Under the pieces are notes generated by a model. That model saw only the letters and a program-made list of their open reading frames with translations, did no database searches and was not told the origin of the DNA. Shown piece after piece: positions 19,142 through 28,156 of a stretch of 64,000 nt of DNA. The position numbers and the translations under genes are program-made. The stretch's first letter is position 1. Each line of letters begins with the position of its first letter. This DNA is from Flavobacterium sp. (GTDB taxonomy: Bacteria; Bacteroidota; Bacteroidia; Flavobacteriales; Flavobacteriaceae): NCBI GenBank assembly GCA_038136095.1, contig JAYPZA010000002.1:41159-105158 (forward strand). The letters are read 5' to 3'.

Positions 19142-21985
19142 TTATACTTCTAAATATTCCTCGATTGGAGTGCAAGAGCAAATTAAATTTCTGTCACCAA
19201 AAGCCTCATCGACTCTCCGTATTGTTGGCCAAAACTTTTGATGATAGATATAGTCTAGAGGAAATGCAGCCTCTTTTCTAGTATAAGGAAAATCCCATGC
19301 ATCGTTGGTTAACATTTCCATCGTATGAGGAGCATTTTTTAGTACATTGTTAGGATTTTCTTTGTTCGCAAAAGCAATTTCTTTTCTGATAGAAATCATT
19401 GCATCACAGAAACGATCAAGTTCGGCTAAACTTTCTGATTCTGTTGGCTCTATCATCATCGTTCCTGCTACTGGAAAAGAAACAGTTGGCGCATGAAAAC
19501 CATAATCCATCAATCGTTTGGCAATGTCTACGACTTCAATTCCATTTTCTTTAAAATCACGACAATCTATGATCATTTCATGGGCTGCTCTTCCCATTTC
19601 TCCTTCATATAAGGTTTTGTAATGACCCTCTAAACGTTCTTTAATGTAATTTGCGTTTAGGATGGCAACCTTGGTTGATTCAGTGACTCCTTCTGCTCCT
19701 AGCATCGTGATGTAGCTGTATGAAATTAAACATGCGAGCGCACTGCCCCAGGGTGCAGCAGAAATTGCTGTGATTGCTTTTTCTCCTCCAGTAGGGATGA
19801 CAGGGTTGCTAGGTAAAAAAGGAACCAATTGTGGAGCTACACATATGGGACCTACTCCAGGTCCACCACCACCATGTGGAATTGAGAATGTTTTGTGTAA
19901 GTTCAAATGACATACATCTGCTCCAATAGTTGCAGGATTTGTCAATCCTACCTGAGCATTCATATTAGCTCCATCCATGTAGACCTGACCACCATTTTCA
20001 TGGATGACATTCGTAATTTCTTTGATAGCACTTTCAAAAACACCATGGGTTGATGGGTAGGTCACCATTAAAGCTGCAAGATTTTCCTTGTGTTCATTTG
20101 CCTTTGCTTTTAAATCATCGAGATCTATATTACCATTGTCTGCTGTTTTTACGACAATTACCTTCATTCCTGCCATTACAGCTGAGGCAGGATTTGTTCC
20201 GTGAGCTGAGGAGGGAATTAAACAGATATTTCTATGAAAATCTCCGTTGTTTTGATGATATGCTCTAATAGTCATCAATCCAGCAAATTCTCCTTGAGCA
20301 CCAGAGTTAGGTTGCAGAGATGTACCTGCAAAACCAGTAATTTCATTCAATTGTTGTTCTAACTTTTTTAGTACTTCAAGATACCCTTGTGCTTGATTTA
20401 AGGGGACGAATGGATGGATATTTCCCCAATTAGCAGAACTTAAAGGGAGCATTTGTGTTGCAGCGTTTAGTTTCATGGTGCAAGACCCCAAAGAAATCAT
20501 TGAGTGATTTAAGGCAAGATCTTTACGTTCCAAACGTTTGATGTAACGCATCATTTCAGTTTCTGATTGATAGGTATTAAAAACTTCATTTTCTAAGAAA
20601 GGAGTATTTCTTGTCAAATTTTCTGAAATGACTTTGACAGGTGGAGCTAATTCTTTACTCTTTAAGTCAAACGCTTCTTCGAAGCAACGAACGATATTTT
20701 TGATTTCTTTAATGTCAACAGTTTCATTGATGGATATGGAAATGTGATGATTGTCTATGTAATTGAAGTTTATTTCATTGGCTTCGGCTACAGGTCGAAG
20801 TTTTGAGGCTTCTACCTCAATTAAAATGGTATCAAAATAACAGGTATTTTTTTGACTAAACCCTAAGTCTTTAAGCGTATTGGATAAAACTCGGGTATGC
20901 TTGTGTACGCTTTCAGCAATGAATTGAATTCCTTTTTTTCCATGAAAAGCAGCGTACATACCGGCCATTACTGCCAATAAAACTTGAGCAGTACAAATGT
21001 TTGAGGTTGCTTTTTCTCTTTTGATGTGTTGCTCTCGGGTTTGCAAAGCCATACGCAGAGCACGGTGACCATCTTTGTCTTTAGTAAGTCCAATGATTCT
21101 TCCCGGAATGCTTCTTTTATACTTTTCTTTGGTTGCAAAATATCCTGCATGAGGACCTCCATACCCTAAAGGAATTCCGAAACGTTGAGTTGTCCCTACA
21201 ACAACATCTGCTCCAAATTCTGCAGGAGCTTTTAACATCGCTAGAGATAATATATCGGCAGCTACTGCAACTTTAATACCATTTGAATTTGCTCTTGAAA
21301 TAAAATCAGTGTAATCATAGACTTGACCATGTTTCCCTGGATATTGAACAATGGCTCCGAAAAATTCTTCAGAGAAATCAAATTCTTCATGATTTCCAAT
21401 GATCAACTCAACTCCAATAGGAGTTGCTCTAGTTTGTAAAACTGACAAGGTTTGAGGTAAAATCTCATCAGACACGAAGAATTTATGAATATTCGCCTTT
21501 TTTTGATGACGATCTCGAACATCATATAACAATGCCATGGCCTCAGCAGCAGCAGTTGATTCATCTAAAAGAGAGGCATTTGCTAACTCCATCCCTGTTA
21601 AATCACAAACCATGGTTTGATAGTTTAAAAGGGCTTCAAGTCTGCCTTGAGCAATTTCTGCTTGATAAGGAGTGTAAGCCGTATACCAACCTGGATTTTC
21701 TAAGATATTTCTTTTGATAACACTGGGTAAAATAGCTTCGTGATATCCCAACCCTATGTAACTTTTGAAAACTTTATTTTTTTGTGAAAGTTTTTCAATG
21801 TGGTTCAAATATTCATATTCACTGATGGGTGCATCCAATTCCAATGATGTAGTCAATCGAATGTTATCTGGAATTGTTTGATCAATTAGTTGAGATAAAC
21901 TATCAACACCAATGGTGTTTAACATCTCTTTTTGTTCCTTTTCGTTAGGTCCAATATGTCTGAATTGAAATGAATTTGTGTTCAT
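19142..21985 (-). CDS. gcvP: Glycine dehydrogenase (decarboxylating), glycine cleavage P protein, single-chain form
   Basis: 947 aa. Motifs: FRHIGP, PGWYTAYTPYQAEI, NLHKTFSIPHGGGGPG. Confidence 0.95.
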   Translation of the reverse strand: MNTNSFQFRHIGPNEKEQKEMLNTIGVDSLSQLIDQTIPDNIRLTTSLELDAPISEYEYLNHIEKLSQKNKVFKSYIGLGYHEAILPSVIKRNILENPGWYTAYTPYQAEIAQGRLEALLNYQTMVCDLTGMELANASLLDESTAAAEAMALLYDVRDRHQKKANIHKFFVSDEILPQTLSVLQTRATPIGVELIIGNHEEFDFSEEFFGAIVQYPGKHGQVYDYTDFISRANSNGIKVAVAADILSLAMLKAPAEFGADVVVGTTQRFGIPLGYGGPHAGYFATKEKYKRSIPGRIIGLTKDKDGHRALRMALQTREQHIKREKATSNICTAQVLLAVMAGMYAAFHGKKGIQFIAESVHKHTRVLSNTLKDLGFSQKNTCYFDTILIEVEASKLRPVAEANEINFNYIDNHHISISINETVDIKEIKNIVRCFEEAFDLKSKELAPPVKVISENLTRNTPFLENEVFNTYQSETEMMRYIKRLERKDLALNHSMISLGSCTMKLNAATQMLPLSSANWGNIHPFVPLNQAQGYLEVLKKLEQQLNEITGFAGTSLQPNSGAQGEFAGLMTIRAYHQNNGDFHRNICLIPSSAHGTNPASAVMAGMKVIVVKTADNGNIDLDDLKAKANEHKENLAALMVTYPSTHGVFESAIKEITNVIHENGGQVYMDGANMNAQVGLTNPATIGADVCHLNLHKTFSIPHGGGGPGVGPICVAPQLVPFLPSNPVIPTGGEKAITAISAAPWGSALACLISYSYITMLGAEGVTESTKVAILNANYIKERLEGHYKTLYEGEMGRAAHEMIIDCRDFKENGIEVVDIAKRLMDYGFHAPTVSFPVAGTMMIEPTESESLAELDRFCDAMISIRKEIAFANKENPNNVLKNAPHTMEMLTNDAWDFPYTRKEAAFPLDYIYHQKFWPTIRRVDEAFGDRNLICSCTPIEEYLEV

Positions 21986-22011
21986 CGAAATACAAGGATT
22001 AATTTACCATA

Positions 22012-22019
22012 CAAAAATA
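22012..22019 (-). promoter_or_regulatory. -7 box TATTTTTG, candidate gcvP promoter
   Basis: The plus strand reads CAAAAATA. It is 27 nt upstream of the ATG at 21985. Confidence 0.45.
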
Positions 22020-22102
22020 ATGAAAAAAGAACAGAGTAATCTGCTAATTATTAGGTAAAAAAGCAGGAATTAATCAACATAAAATTGTTGATAAAGAATC
22101 CT

Positions 22103-22110
22103 TATTTTTG
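22103..22110 (+). promoter_or_regulatory. -7 box TATTTTTG abutting the start of the membrane-protein gene
   Basis: Exact TAnnTTTG ending 1 nt before ATGATG (22112-22117). This implies a leaderless or downstream start if functional. Confidence 0.3.
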
Positions 22111-22111
22111 T

Positions 22112-22933
22112 ATGATGAACCTCTTAAAACTAATATTTAATTTTTATATCAACGCTAGTATTCATGTGGCTTTTTCTGTATATTCTCTTGTCTGTATCAC
22201 GGAGATTTATTTTGAAATTCCTCATGATAAAAATTTAGGATGGTTTATTTTTTTTGCAAGCATCACTGGATACAATTTTATAAAGTATGCTGGAGTAGCA
22301 AAATTCTATCATATGAGCCTCACAAAAAGCTTGAGATTGATTCAAATATTTTCGTTTATTTGTTTCTGTCTGTTGATTTATTTCAGCACAAGATTATCAT
22401 TCGAAACGCTCTCTTACTTCATTCCTTTCTCCATCATAACAATCTTTTATGTGGTTCCTTTTCTAGGAGGTTTTCAAAAAAATTTAAGAAAAGTTAGTTA
22501 TCTTAAAATTTTTATTGTGTCAGGTGTTTGGTCTGGAGTTACTACAATTATTCCCATTCTTTTTAACAAAGGGCCGTTAGATATGTCCATTTTGTTATTG
22601 TTCATCCAACGCATGTTATTTGTTCTTGTTCTAATTCTTCCTTTTGAGATACGAGACATGCAATTGGATTTAAAGCACATCAAAACACTGCCTCAAAAAA
22701 TAGGAATTGAACAAACCAAAAAACTTGGGTTTGTTTTATTACTTTTTTCTTTAGTGATAGAGTTTTTAATTACAAATTCGTACAGCCATAAAAATATTTT
22801 TTTTCTTATTTGTTTGGGTTTGTTTTTTTTGATCATGAGAGCTCAACAAAATCAACCCAAATTTTACAGTTCTTTTTGGGTTGAGTCAATCCCTATTTTA
22901 TGGTTAATTTTGCTCATAATTTTTACAAAATAA
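22112..22933 (+). CDS. Polytopic membrane protein, possibly a UbiA-like prenyltransferase (weak call)
   Basis: About 8 hydrophobic segments. The only Asp-rich patch is LPFEIRDMQLD, and no clear first NDxxD motif is present. The start is uncertain (ATG ATG at 22112/22115). Confidence 0.4.
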   Translation: MMNLLKLIFNFYINASIHVAFSVYSLVCITEIYFEIPHDKNLGWFIFFASITGYNFIKYAGVAKFYHMSLTKSLRLIQIFSFICFCLLIYFSTRLSFETLSYFIPFSIITIFYVVPFLGGFQKNLRKVSYLKIFIVSGVWSGVTTIIPILFNKGPLDMSILLLFIQRMLFVLVLILPFEIRDMQLDLKHIKTLPQKIGIEQTKKLGFVLLLFSLVIEFLITNSYSHKNIFFLICLGLFFLIMRAQQNQPKFYSSFWVESIPILWLILLIIFTK

Positions 22934-23051
22934 GATTTTTTATGGATTCAAAATTTAATAATTTATTTGTGAAAACGTTTTAGTAAAAATTTAATTGAAA
23001 AGAATAATTATAACAACTCATTTCGTATGTTTATACTAAGAAAAAAATGAT

Positions 23052-24944
23052 ATGTTTCAAACAAAAAGAAATTTTGTATTTGATTTTGATAGTACCCTAA
23101 CTAGGGTAGAAGCTTTGGATGTTTTAGCCGAAATATCTTTGGCAAATAACCCCAAAAAGGATGAAATCATCAATGAAATTATAGAGATTACCAATTTGGG
23201 TATTGATGGAAAAATTTCATTCACTGAGTCTTTAGAGCGTAGAATAAAATTGCTCAATGCAAAAAAATCTGATTTATCAATATTGATAGATGAATTGCGT
23301 AAAAAAGTATCGGTATCAATTGAAAGAAACAAAGAGTTTTTTGAAAATTTTTCGGATGATATTTACGTAATTTCCTGTGGATTCAAAGAATTCATAGATG
23401 ACATCGTATGTGAATATAATATTCCTTCAGAAAGAGTATATGCAAATACATTTGAGTTTGATGACAATGATGTGATCGTAGGTTTTGATACAGAAAATGT
23501 TTTGTCAACTCATAATGGAAAGATTCAATGTTTAAAAGATCTAAATCTTGAGGGTGAAATACAAGTGATTGGAGACGGATATAGTGATTACGTTACTAAG
23601 GAAGCAGGTGTTGCAGATACTTTTTTTGCTTATACTGAGAATGTATCAAGAGAAAAAACAATAGAAAATGCGGATCATATTACTCCAAATTTTGATGAAT
23701 TTTTGTATGTAAACAAATTACCTAGAAACATCTCTTACCCAAAAAATAGAATTAAGATTTTATTATTGGAGAATATTCATCCTGATGCATTTGAAAAATT
23801 ATCTGAAGATGGATTTTCAGTTGAGACTGTCAATAAAAGCTTGCCTGAAGATGAACTCATTAAAAGGTTAGAGGGAGTCCATGTTTTAGGAATTCGTTCC
23901 AAAACTCAGGTGACTAAAAAAGTCATTGAATCAGCCAATAAATTGATGAGTGTTGGTGCTTTTTGTATCGGGACAAAACAAATAGACCTTGAGGCTTGCA
24001 AACAAAATGGAATTACGGTTTTCAATGCACCCTACAGTAACACACGTTCTGTAGTAGAATTAGCCATAGGCGAAATTATTATGTTGATGAGATCTGTGTT
24101 TCAAAGAAGTACGGAACTACATAGCGGACGCTGGAACAAAACTGCTGAAGGGTCTCGTGAAGTTAGAGGGAAGAAATTGGGGATTGTTGGTTATGGTAAT
24201 ATTGGGAAACAATTATCAGTCCTTGCAGAAGCCTTGGGGATGGATGTTTATTATTACGATATTGAAGATAAATTAGCGCTAGGAAATGCGACTCGTATGC
24301 AGAATTTAGAAGAATTACTAGCCATTTCAGATGTCATTACTTTGCACATAGATGACAATGCTTCAAATAAAAATTTTATTGGGGAAAAAGAATTAAATCT
24401 GATGAAAGATGGTGCTTGTTTGGTGAATCTATCCAGAGGCTTTGTTGTCGATATTGAAGCATTGAGAGATGCGATAAAATCTGGCAAACTTTCAGGTGCA
24501 GCTGTGGATGTTTATCCTCAAGAACCCAGAGCAAATGGAGAGTATTATACTGAATTGAAAGGTTTGGATAATGTAATTTTGACACCTCATGTTGGAGGAA
24601 GTACTGAAGAAGCCCAAAAAGATATTGCTGATTTTGTTCCAGGTAAAATCATGGCTTATATCAATTCCGGAAATACAGTAGACGCTGTTAATTTCCCAAA
24701 CATCCGATTGCCAAGACAAACCAATGCTCATCGATTTTTACACATTCATAAAAATGTTCCTGGAGTGATGGCAAAAATCAACAAAGTGTTGGCTGAATTT
24801 GAAATGAATATTACCGGACAATATTTATCTACAGATGCTAAAGTAGGTTATGTAATTTCTGATGTCGATAAAGAGTACAATAAAAAAGTAATCAAGGCGC
24901 TGAAAAACGTTGACGGTACGATCAAATTTAGAGTTCTTTACTAA
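23052..24944 (+). CDS. serA: Fusion protein: N-terminal HAD (phosphoserine-phosphatase-like) domain + D-3-phosphoglycerate dehydrogenase with C-terminal ACT domain
   Basis: HAD motifs: FDFDSTLT (I), VISCG (II), GDGYSDY (IV). The PGDH part has GIVGYGNIGKQ, LVNLSRG, TPHVGGST. ACT-like tail: HRFLHIHKNVPGVMAKIN. Confidence 0.8.
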   Translation: MFQTKRNFVFDFDSTLTRVEALDVLAEISLANNPKKDEIINEIIEITNLGIDGKISFTESLERRIKLLNAKKSDLSILIDELRKKVSVSIERNKEFFENFSDDIYVISCGFKEFIDDIVCEYNIPSERVYANTFEFDDNDVIVGFDTENVLSTHNGKIQCLKDLNLEGEIQVIGDGYSDYVTKEAGVADTFFAYTENVSREKTIENADHITPNFDEFLYVNKLPRNISYPKNRIKILLLENIHPDAFEKLSEDGFSVETVNKSLPEDELIKRLEGVHVLGIRSKTQVTKKVIESANKLMSVGAFCIGTKQIDLEACKQNGITVFNAPYSNTRSVVELAIGEIIMLMRSVFQRSTELHSGRWNKTAEGSREVRGKKLGIVGYGNIGKQLSVLAEALGMDVYYYDIEDKLALGNATRMQNLEELLAISDVITLHIDDNASNKNFIGEKELNLMKDGACLVNLSRGFVVDIEALRDAIKSGKLSGAAVDVYPQEPRANGEYYTELKGLDNVILTPHVGGSTEEAQKDIADFVPGKIMAYINSGNTVDAVNFPNIRLPRQTNAHRFLHIHKNVPGVMAKINKVLAEFEMNITGQYLSTDAKVGYVISDVDKEYNKKVIKALKNVDGTIKFRVLY

Positions 24945-25004
24945 ATATCAATTCAAAAAAGCATCTTCAAGAGCGAAAGATCAAATGATTGGTAATTCAC
25001 ATTT

Positions 25005-25021
25005 ATCTATTTAAAATAGAT
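25005..25021. promoter_or_regulatory. Perfect 17-bp palindrome ATCTATTT-A-AAATAGAT, candidate operator upstream of kynU
   Basis: Read directly from the sequence. Its centre is about 28 nt upstream of the -7 box at 25041. Confidence 0.3.
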
Positions 25022-25028
25022 TCATCAA

Positions 25029-25068
25029 AAATGATTGTTTTATATTTGAAGACAATCATTTGTTTTTG
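25029..25068 (+). terminator. Terminator-like hairpin after the serA fusion gene, overlapping the kynU promoter
   Basis: 10-bp stem AAATGATTGT / ACAATCATTT with a 13-nt loop, followed by GTTTTTG. Confidence 0.5.
25041..25048 (+). promoter_or_regulatory. -7 box TATATTTG, candidate kynU promoter
   Basis: Exact TAnnTTTG, 22 nt upstream of the ATG at 25070. It lies in the loop of the hairpin at 25029-25061. Confidence 0.4.
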
Positions 25069-25069
25069 A

Positions 25070-26335
25070 ATGCCTTATCATAAATCATTAAATCACGCCA
25101 GAGAATTAGACACAAAAGATTCACTCTCTTATCTGAGAAACGAATTTTATATTCCTAAAGATACCCAAGGCAATGAATCGATTTACTTTACAGGGAATTC
25201 CCTTGGTTTACAACCTAAAATTACTCAACAATACATACAACAAGAACTAGATGATTGGGCTCGTTTTGGAGTAGAAGGTCATTTTGAAGCTAGAAATCCA
25301 TGGTTGTCTTATCATGAATTTTTAACTAATAGTATGGCTAAAATTGTAGGGGCAAAACCAGTAGAAGTTGTTGTGATGAATACATTAACAACCAACTTAC
25401 ATCTATTGATGGTTTCTTTTTATCAACCGACAGCAAAAAAATACAAAATTTTGATTGAAAGTGATGCTTTTCCTTCAGATCGCTATGCTGTTCAATCTCA
25501 ATTGGCTTTTCATGGATATGATCCCAAACAAGGATTGGTTGAGTGGAAACCTAGAGAGGGAGAAGAACTTCTAAGAATGGAAGATTTAGAAAAAATACTA
25601 GAAGAAGAAGGGGATGAAATAGCTCTATTGCTTATAGGAGGTGTTAATTATTATACAGGCCAATTTTTAGATTTAAAAAGAATTGCTGCTTTGGGCCATA
25701 AAAAAGGTTGTATTGTGGGAATTGATTTAGCTCATGGAGCAGGGAACATTCAACCAAACTTACACGAGAGTCATGTTGATTTTGCTGCTTGGTGTACTTA
25801 TAAATATTTGAATGCAGGACCTGGAAGTTTGTCAGGATTATTTGTCCATGAAAAGCATGCCCATAAAAAAGAGCTGCCTCGCTTTGCAGGTTGGTGGAAC
25901 CATAATAAAGAGACTCGGTTTAACATGCGTCAACCATTTGATGTGATGGCTGGGGCAGAAGGCTGGCAATTGAGCAATCCGCCAATTTTATCGATGGCAG
26001 CCATCAGAGCATCTTTGGATATTTTTGAAAAAGTTGGGATGGATGCATTGCTTCAAAAATCTAAAAAGTTAACAGGGTATTTTGAGTTTTTAATCAATCA
26101 AATAGGTTCAGATAAAATAAAAATTATAACTCCAAATAACCCCAACGAAAGAGGATGTCAATTATCCATTCAAGTTAAAAATGCAGAGAAGGACTTGCAC
26201 AAAAAACTCACTAAAAATAATATCATCACAGATTGGAGAGAGCCTGATGTAATTCGTTGTGCACCAGTACCTATGTACAATAGCTTTGAAGATGTCTATC
26301 GTATGGTAAAAATATTAGAAAGTTTATTGAGGTGA
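25070..26335 (+). CDS. kynU: Kynureninase
   Basis: 421 aa. Motifs: YFTGNSLGLQP, DFAAWCTYKYLNAGPG, RFAGWW. Confidence 0.9.
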   Translation: MPYHKSLNHARELDTKDSLSYLRNEFYIPKDTQGNESIYFTGNSLGLQPKITQQYIQQELDDWARFGVEGHFEARNPWLSYHEFLTNSMAKIVGAKPVEVVVMNTLTTNLHLLMVSFYQPTAKKYKILIESDAFPSDRYAVQSQLAFHGYDPKQGLVEWKPREGEELLRMEDLEKILEEEGDEIALLLIGGVNYYTGQFLDLKRIAALGHKKGCIVGIDLAHGAGNIQPNLHESHVDFAAWCTYKYLNAGPGSLSGLFVHEKHAHKKELPRFAGWWNHNKETRFNMRQPFDVMAGAEGWQLSNPPILSMAAIRASLDIFEKVGMDALLQKSKKLTGYFEFLINQIGSDKIKIITPNNPNERGCQLSIQVKNAEKDLHKKLTKNNIITDWREPDVIRCAPVPMYNSFEDVYRMVKILESLLR

Positions 26336-27717
26336 ATAAAAATGATAAAATATTAATTGTTGGAGCTGGATTGTGTGGTTCATTGTTAGCTCTTCGCATG
26401 GCTCAACGAGGCTATCAAGTTGAAGTCTATGAAAGTCGTCCTGATATCAGAAAATCAGATTTTTCGGCAGGTAAATCTATCAATTTAGCCTTATCTGATC
26501 GTGGCTTTAAAGCCTTAAGACTTGTTGGAATTGATCAAAAAGCAAGGCAAATTTGCATTCCAATGAAAGGCCGTTTGATGCACGATACAGCTTCTAAAAC
26601 TTTTGAATCTAATTATTCAGGAAGAGAGGGAGAATCTATCAATTCCATTTCAAGAGGTGATTTGAATAGTCTGTTACTTACGGAAGCTGAAAATCATGAG
26701 AATGTTCATATTCATTTTAACAAACGATGTATAGACATTGATATTGAAACCAATAGAGCAACATTTGAATCAAATCATACCAAGGAATCATTTTTGGTTG
26801 AAGCAGATGTGATTTTTGGGACAGACGGAGCAGGATCTTCCTTGAGAAAAAGTTACGAAAAACAATTTTCAGATTTTAAAGTCTCTCAAGAGTTTTTAAC
26901 ACATGGATATAAAGAGTTAGAAATTCCTGCTTCAAAGGATGGAAAGCATCTGATTAGTAAAGATCACCTTCATATTTGGCCACGAGGAAATTATATGCTC
27001 ATTGCTTTGCCAAATATGGACGGAAGCTTTACCGTTACTTTATTTTTAGATTTTTCAAAAGGGACCTACAATTTTGAGAATTTGATTTCTAAAGAAAAAA
27101 TTACCGCTTTTTTTGAAAAAGATTTTCCTGATACATTGCCTTTAATACCGGATATTTTCAATGAATTCAAAAACAATCCGACAGGCAGGTTAGGGACCAT
27201 AAAATGTTATCCTTGGTCTTACAAAGGAAATAACTTACTCATGGGAGATTCAGCTCACGCAATCGTTCCTTTTTATGGGCAAGGTATGAATGCTTCTTTT
27301 GAGGATGTTGTTGTTTTTGACGAGGTTTTAGATCAAGTTGAAGGAAATTGGGAAACAGTTTTTTCTGAATTTGAACAACTCAGAAAAAAAGACACAGATG
27401 CTATTGCAGATTTAGCAATAGATAATTACTATGAAATGAGAGATCATGTAGCCAATCCATTGTTTAAAGATAAAAGAACTATTGAGATGGATTTGGAAAA
27501 GTATTTCCCGTCACAATATTTTTCAAAATACTCTATGGTCACATTTAATGAACACATTGGATATCATGAAGCAATGACTAGAGGGAGAGCTCAAGATAAA
27601 GTGTTGTTAAACATGATTAAAAATCAAGAATTTTCAGCCGTTCAAAAATTGTCTAAGGACAAATTAAAAATAGTTTTGGACAAAGTTCATCAAGCCACAA
27701 GAAAAATAGTAAATTAG
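26332..27717 (+). CDS. kmo: Kynurenine 3-monooxygenase (FAD-dependent)
   Basis: ILIVGAGLCGSLLA dinucleotide fold, GDSAHAIVPFYGQGMN. The GTG start overlaps the kynU stop (GTGA). Confidence 0.85.
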   Translation: MNKNDKILIVGAGLCGSLLALRMAQRGYQVEVYESRPDIRKSDFSAGKSINLALSDRGFKALRLVGIDQKARQICIPMKGRLMHDTASKTFESNYSGREGESINSISRGDLNSLLLTEAENHENVHIHFNKRCIDIDIETNRATFESNHTKESFLVEADVIFGTDGAGSSLRKSYEKQFSDFKVSQEFLTHGYKELEIPASKDGKHLISKDHLHIWPRGNYMLIALPNMDGSFTVTLFLDFSKGTYNFENLISKEKITAFFEKDFPDTLPLIPDIFNEFKNNPTGRLGTIKCYPWSYKGNNLLMGDSAHAIVPFYGQGMNASFEDVVVFDEVLDQVEGNWETVFSEFEQLRKKDTDAIADLAIDNYYEMRDHVANPLFKDKRTIEMDLEKYFPSQYFSKYSMVTFNEHIGYHEAMTRGRAQDKVLLNMIKNQEFSAVQKLSKDKLKIVLDKVHQATRKIVN

Positions 27718-27735
27718 AGACGTAAACAATTAGAA

Positions 27736-28140
27736 ATGAGTAAAAAAGTAACACCAAGGGGCGCTTATCCACATGTTAAAGTTGTGGGTGATTTTATTTT
27801 TGTTTCAGGGACTAGTTCTCGTAGAGCAGACAATAGCATTGCTGGAGTAGACATTATTGATGAAATGGGAACTAAAAAATTGAATATTGAGGAGCAAACA
27901 AGGGAGGTCTTAAAGAATATTGAAAAAAATTTACAAAGTGTTGGTGCTAATTTACAAGATGTTGTTGATGTATCATCTTTTCTTGTAAATATGAATGATT
28001 TTGCAGGATATAATAAAGTGTACGCTGAGTTTTTTGACAAGGAAACAGGCCCTGCAAGAACAACAGTAGCTGTTCATCAATTACCACATCCAGATTTGGT
28101 CGTAGAAATTAAAGTTACCGCCTATAAGAAACAAGATTAA
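27736..28140 (+). CDS. RidA/YjgF-family deaminase, probable 2-aminomuconate deaminase
   Basis: 134 aa with the YjgF fold signature (GPARTTVAV...VEIKVTA). The specific role is inferred from cluster context. Confidence 0.65.
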   Translation: MSKKVTPRGAYPHVKVVGDFIFVSGTSSRRADNSIAGVDIIDEMGTKKLNIEEQTREVLKNIEKNLQSVGANLQDVVDVSSFLVNMNDFAGYNKVYAEFFDKETGPARTTVAVHQLPHPDLVVEIKVTAYKKQD

Positions 28141-28156
28141 GTAAATAATTATTTTG

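Noticed and set aside
21986-22111. A glycine riboswitch might be expected upstream of gcvP.
   Set aside because: The spacer is short and AT-rich. I see none of the conserved GGAGAG / CACCG-type aptamer cores on the minus strand. The candidate promoter leaves only a ~20-nt leader.
24985-25069. Two mini-ORFs lie upstream of kynU: MIGNSHLSI (24985) and MIVLYLKTIICF (25031). The second ends in a TGA directly abutting the kynU ATG (TGAATG).
   Set aside because: They are tempting as a leader or uORF device. However, they contain no Trp codons, and the exact -7 box at 25041-25048 would start the kynU transcript downstream of both ATGs. A terminator plus promoter overlap is the simpler reading.
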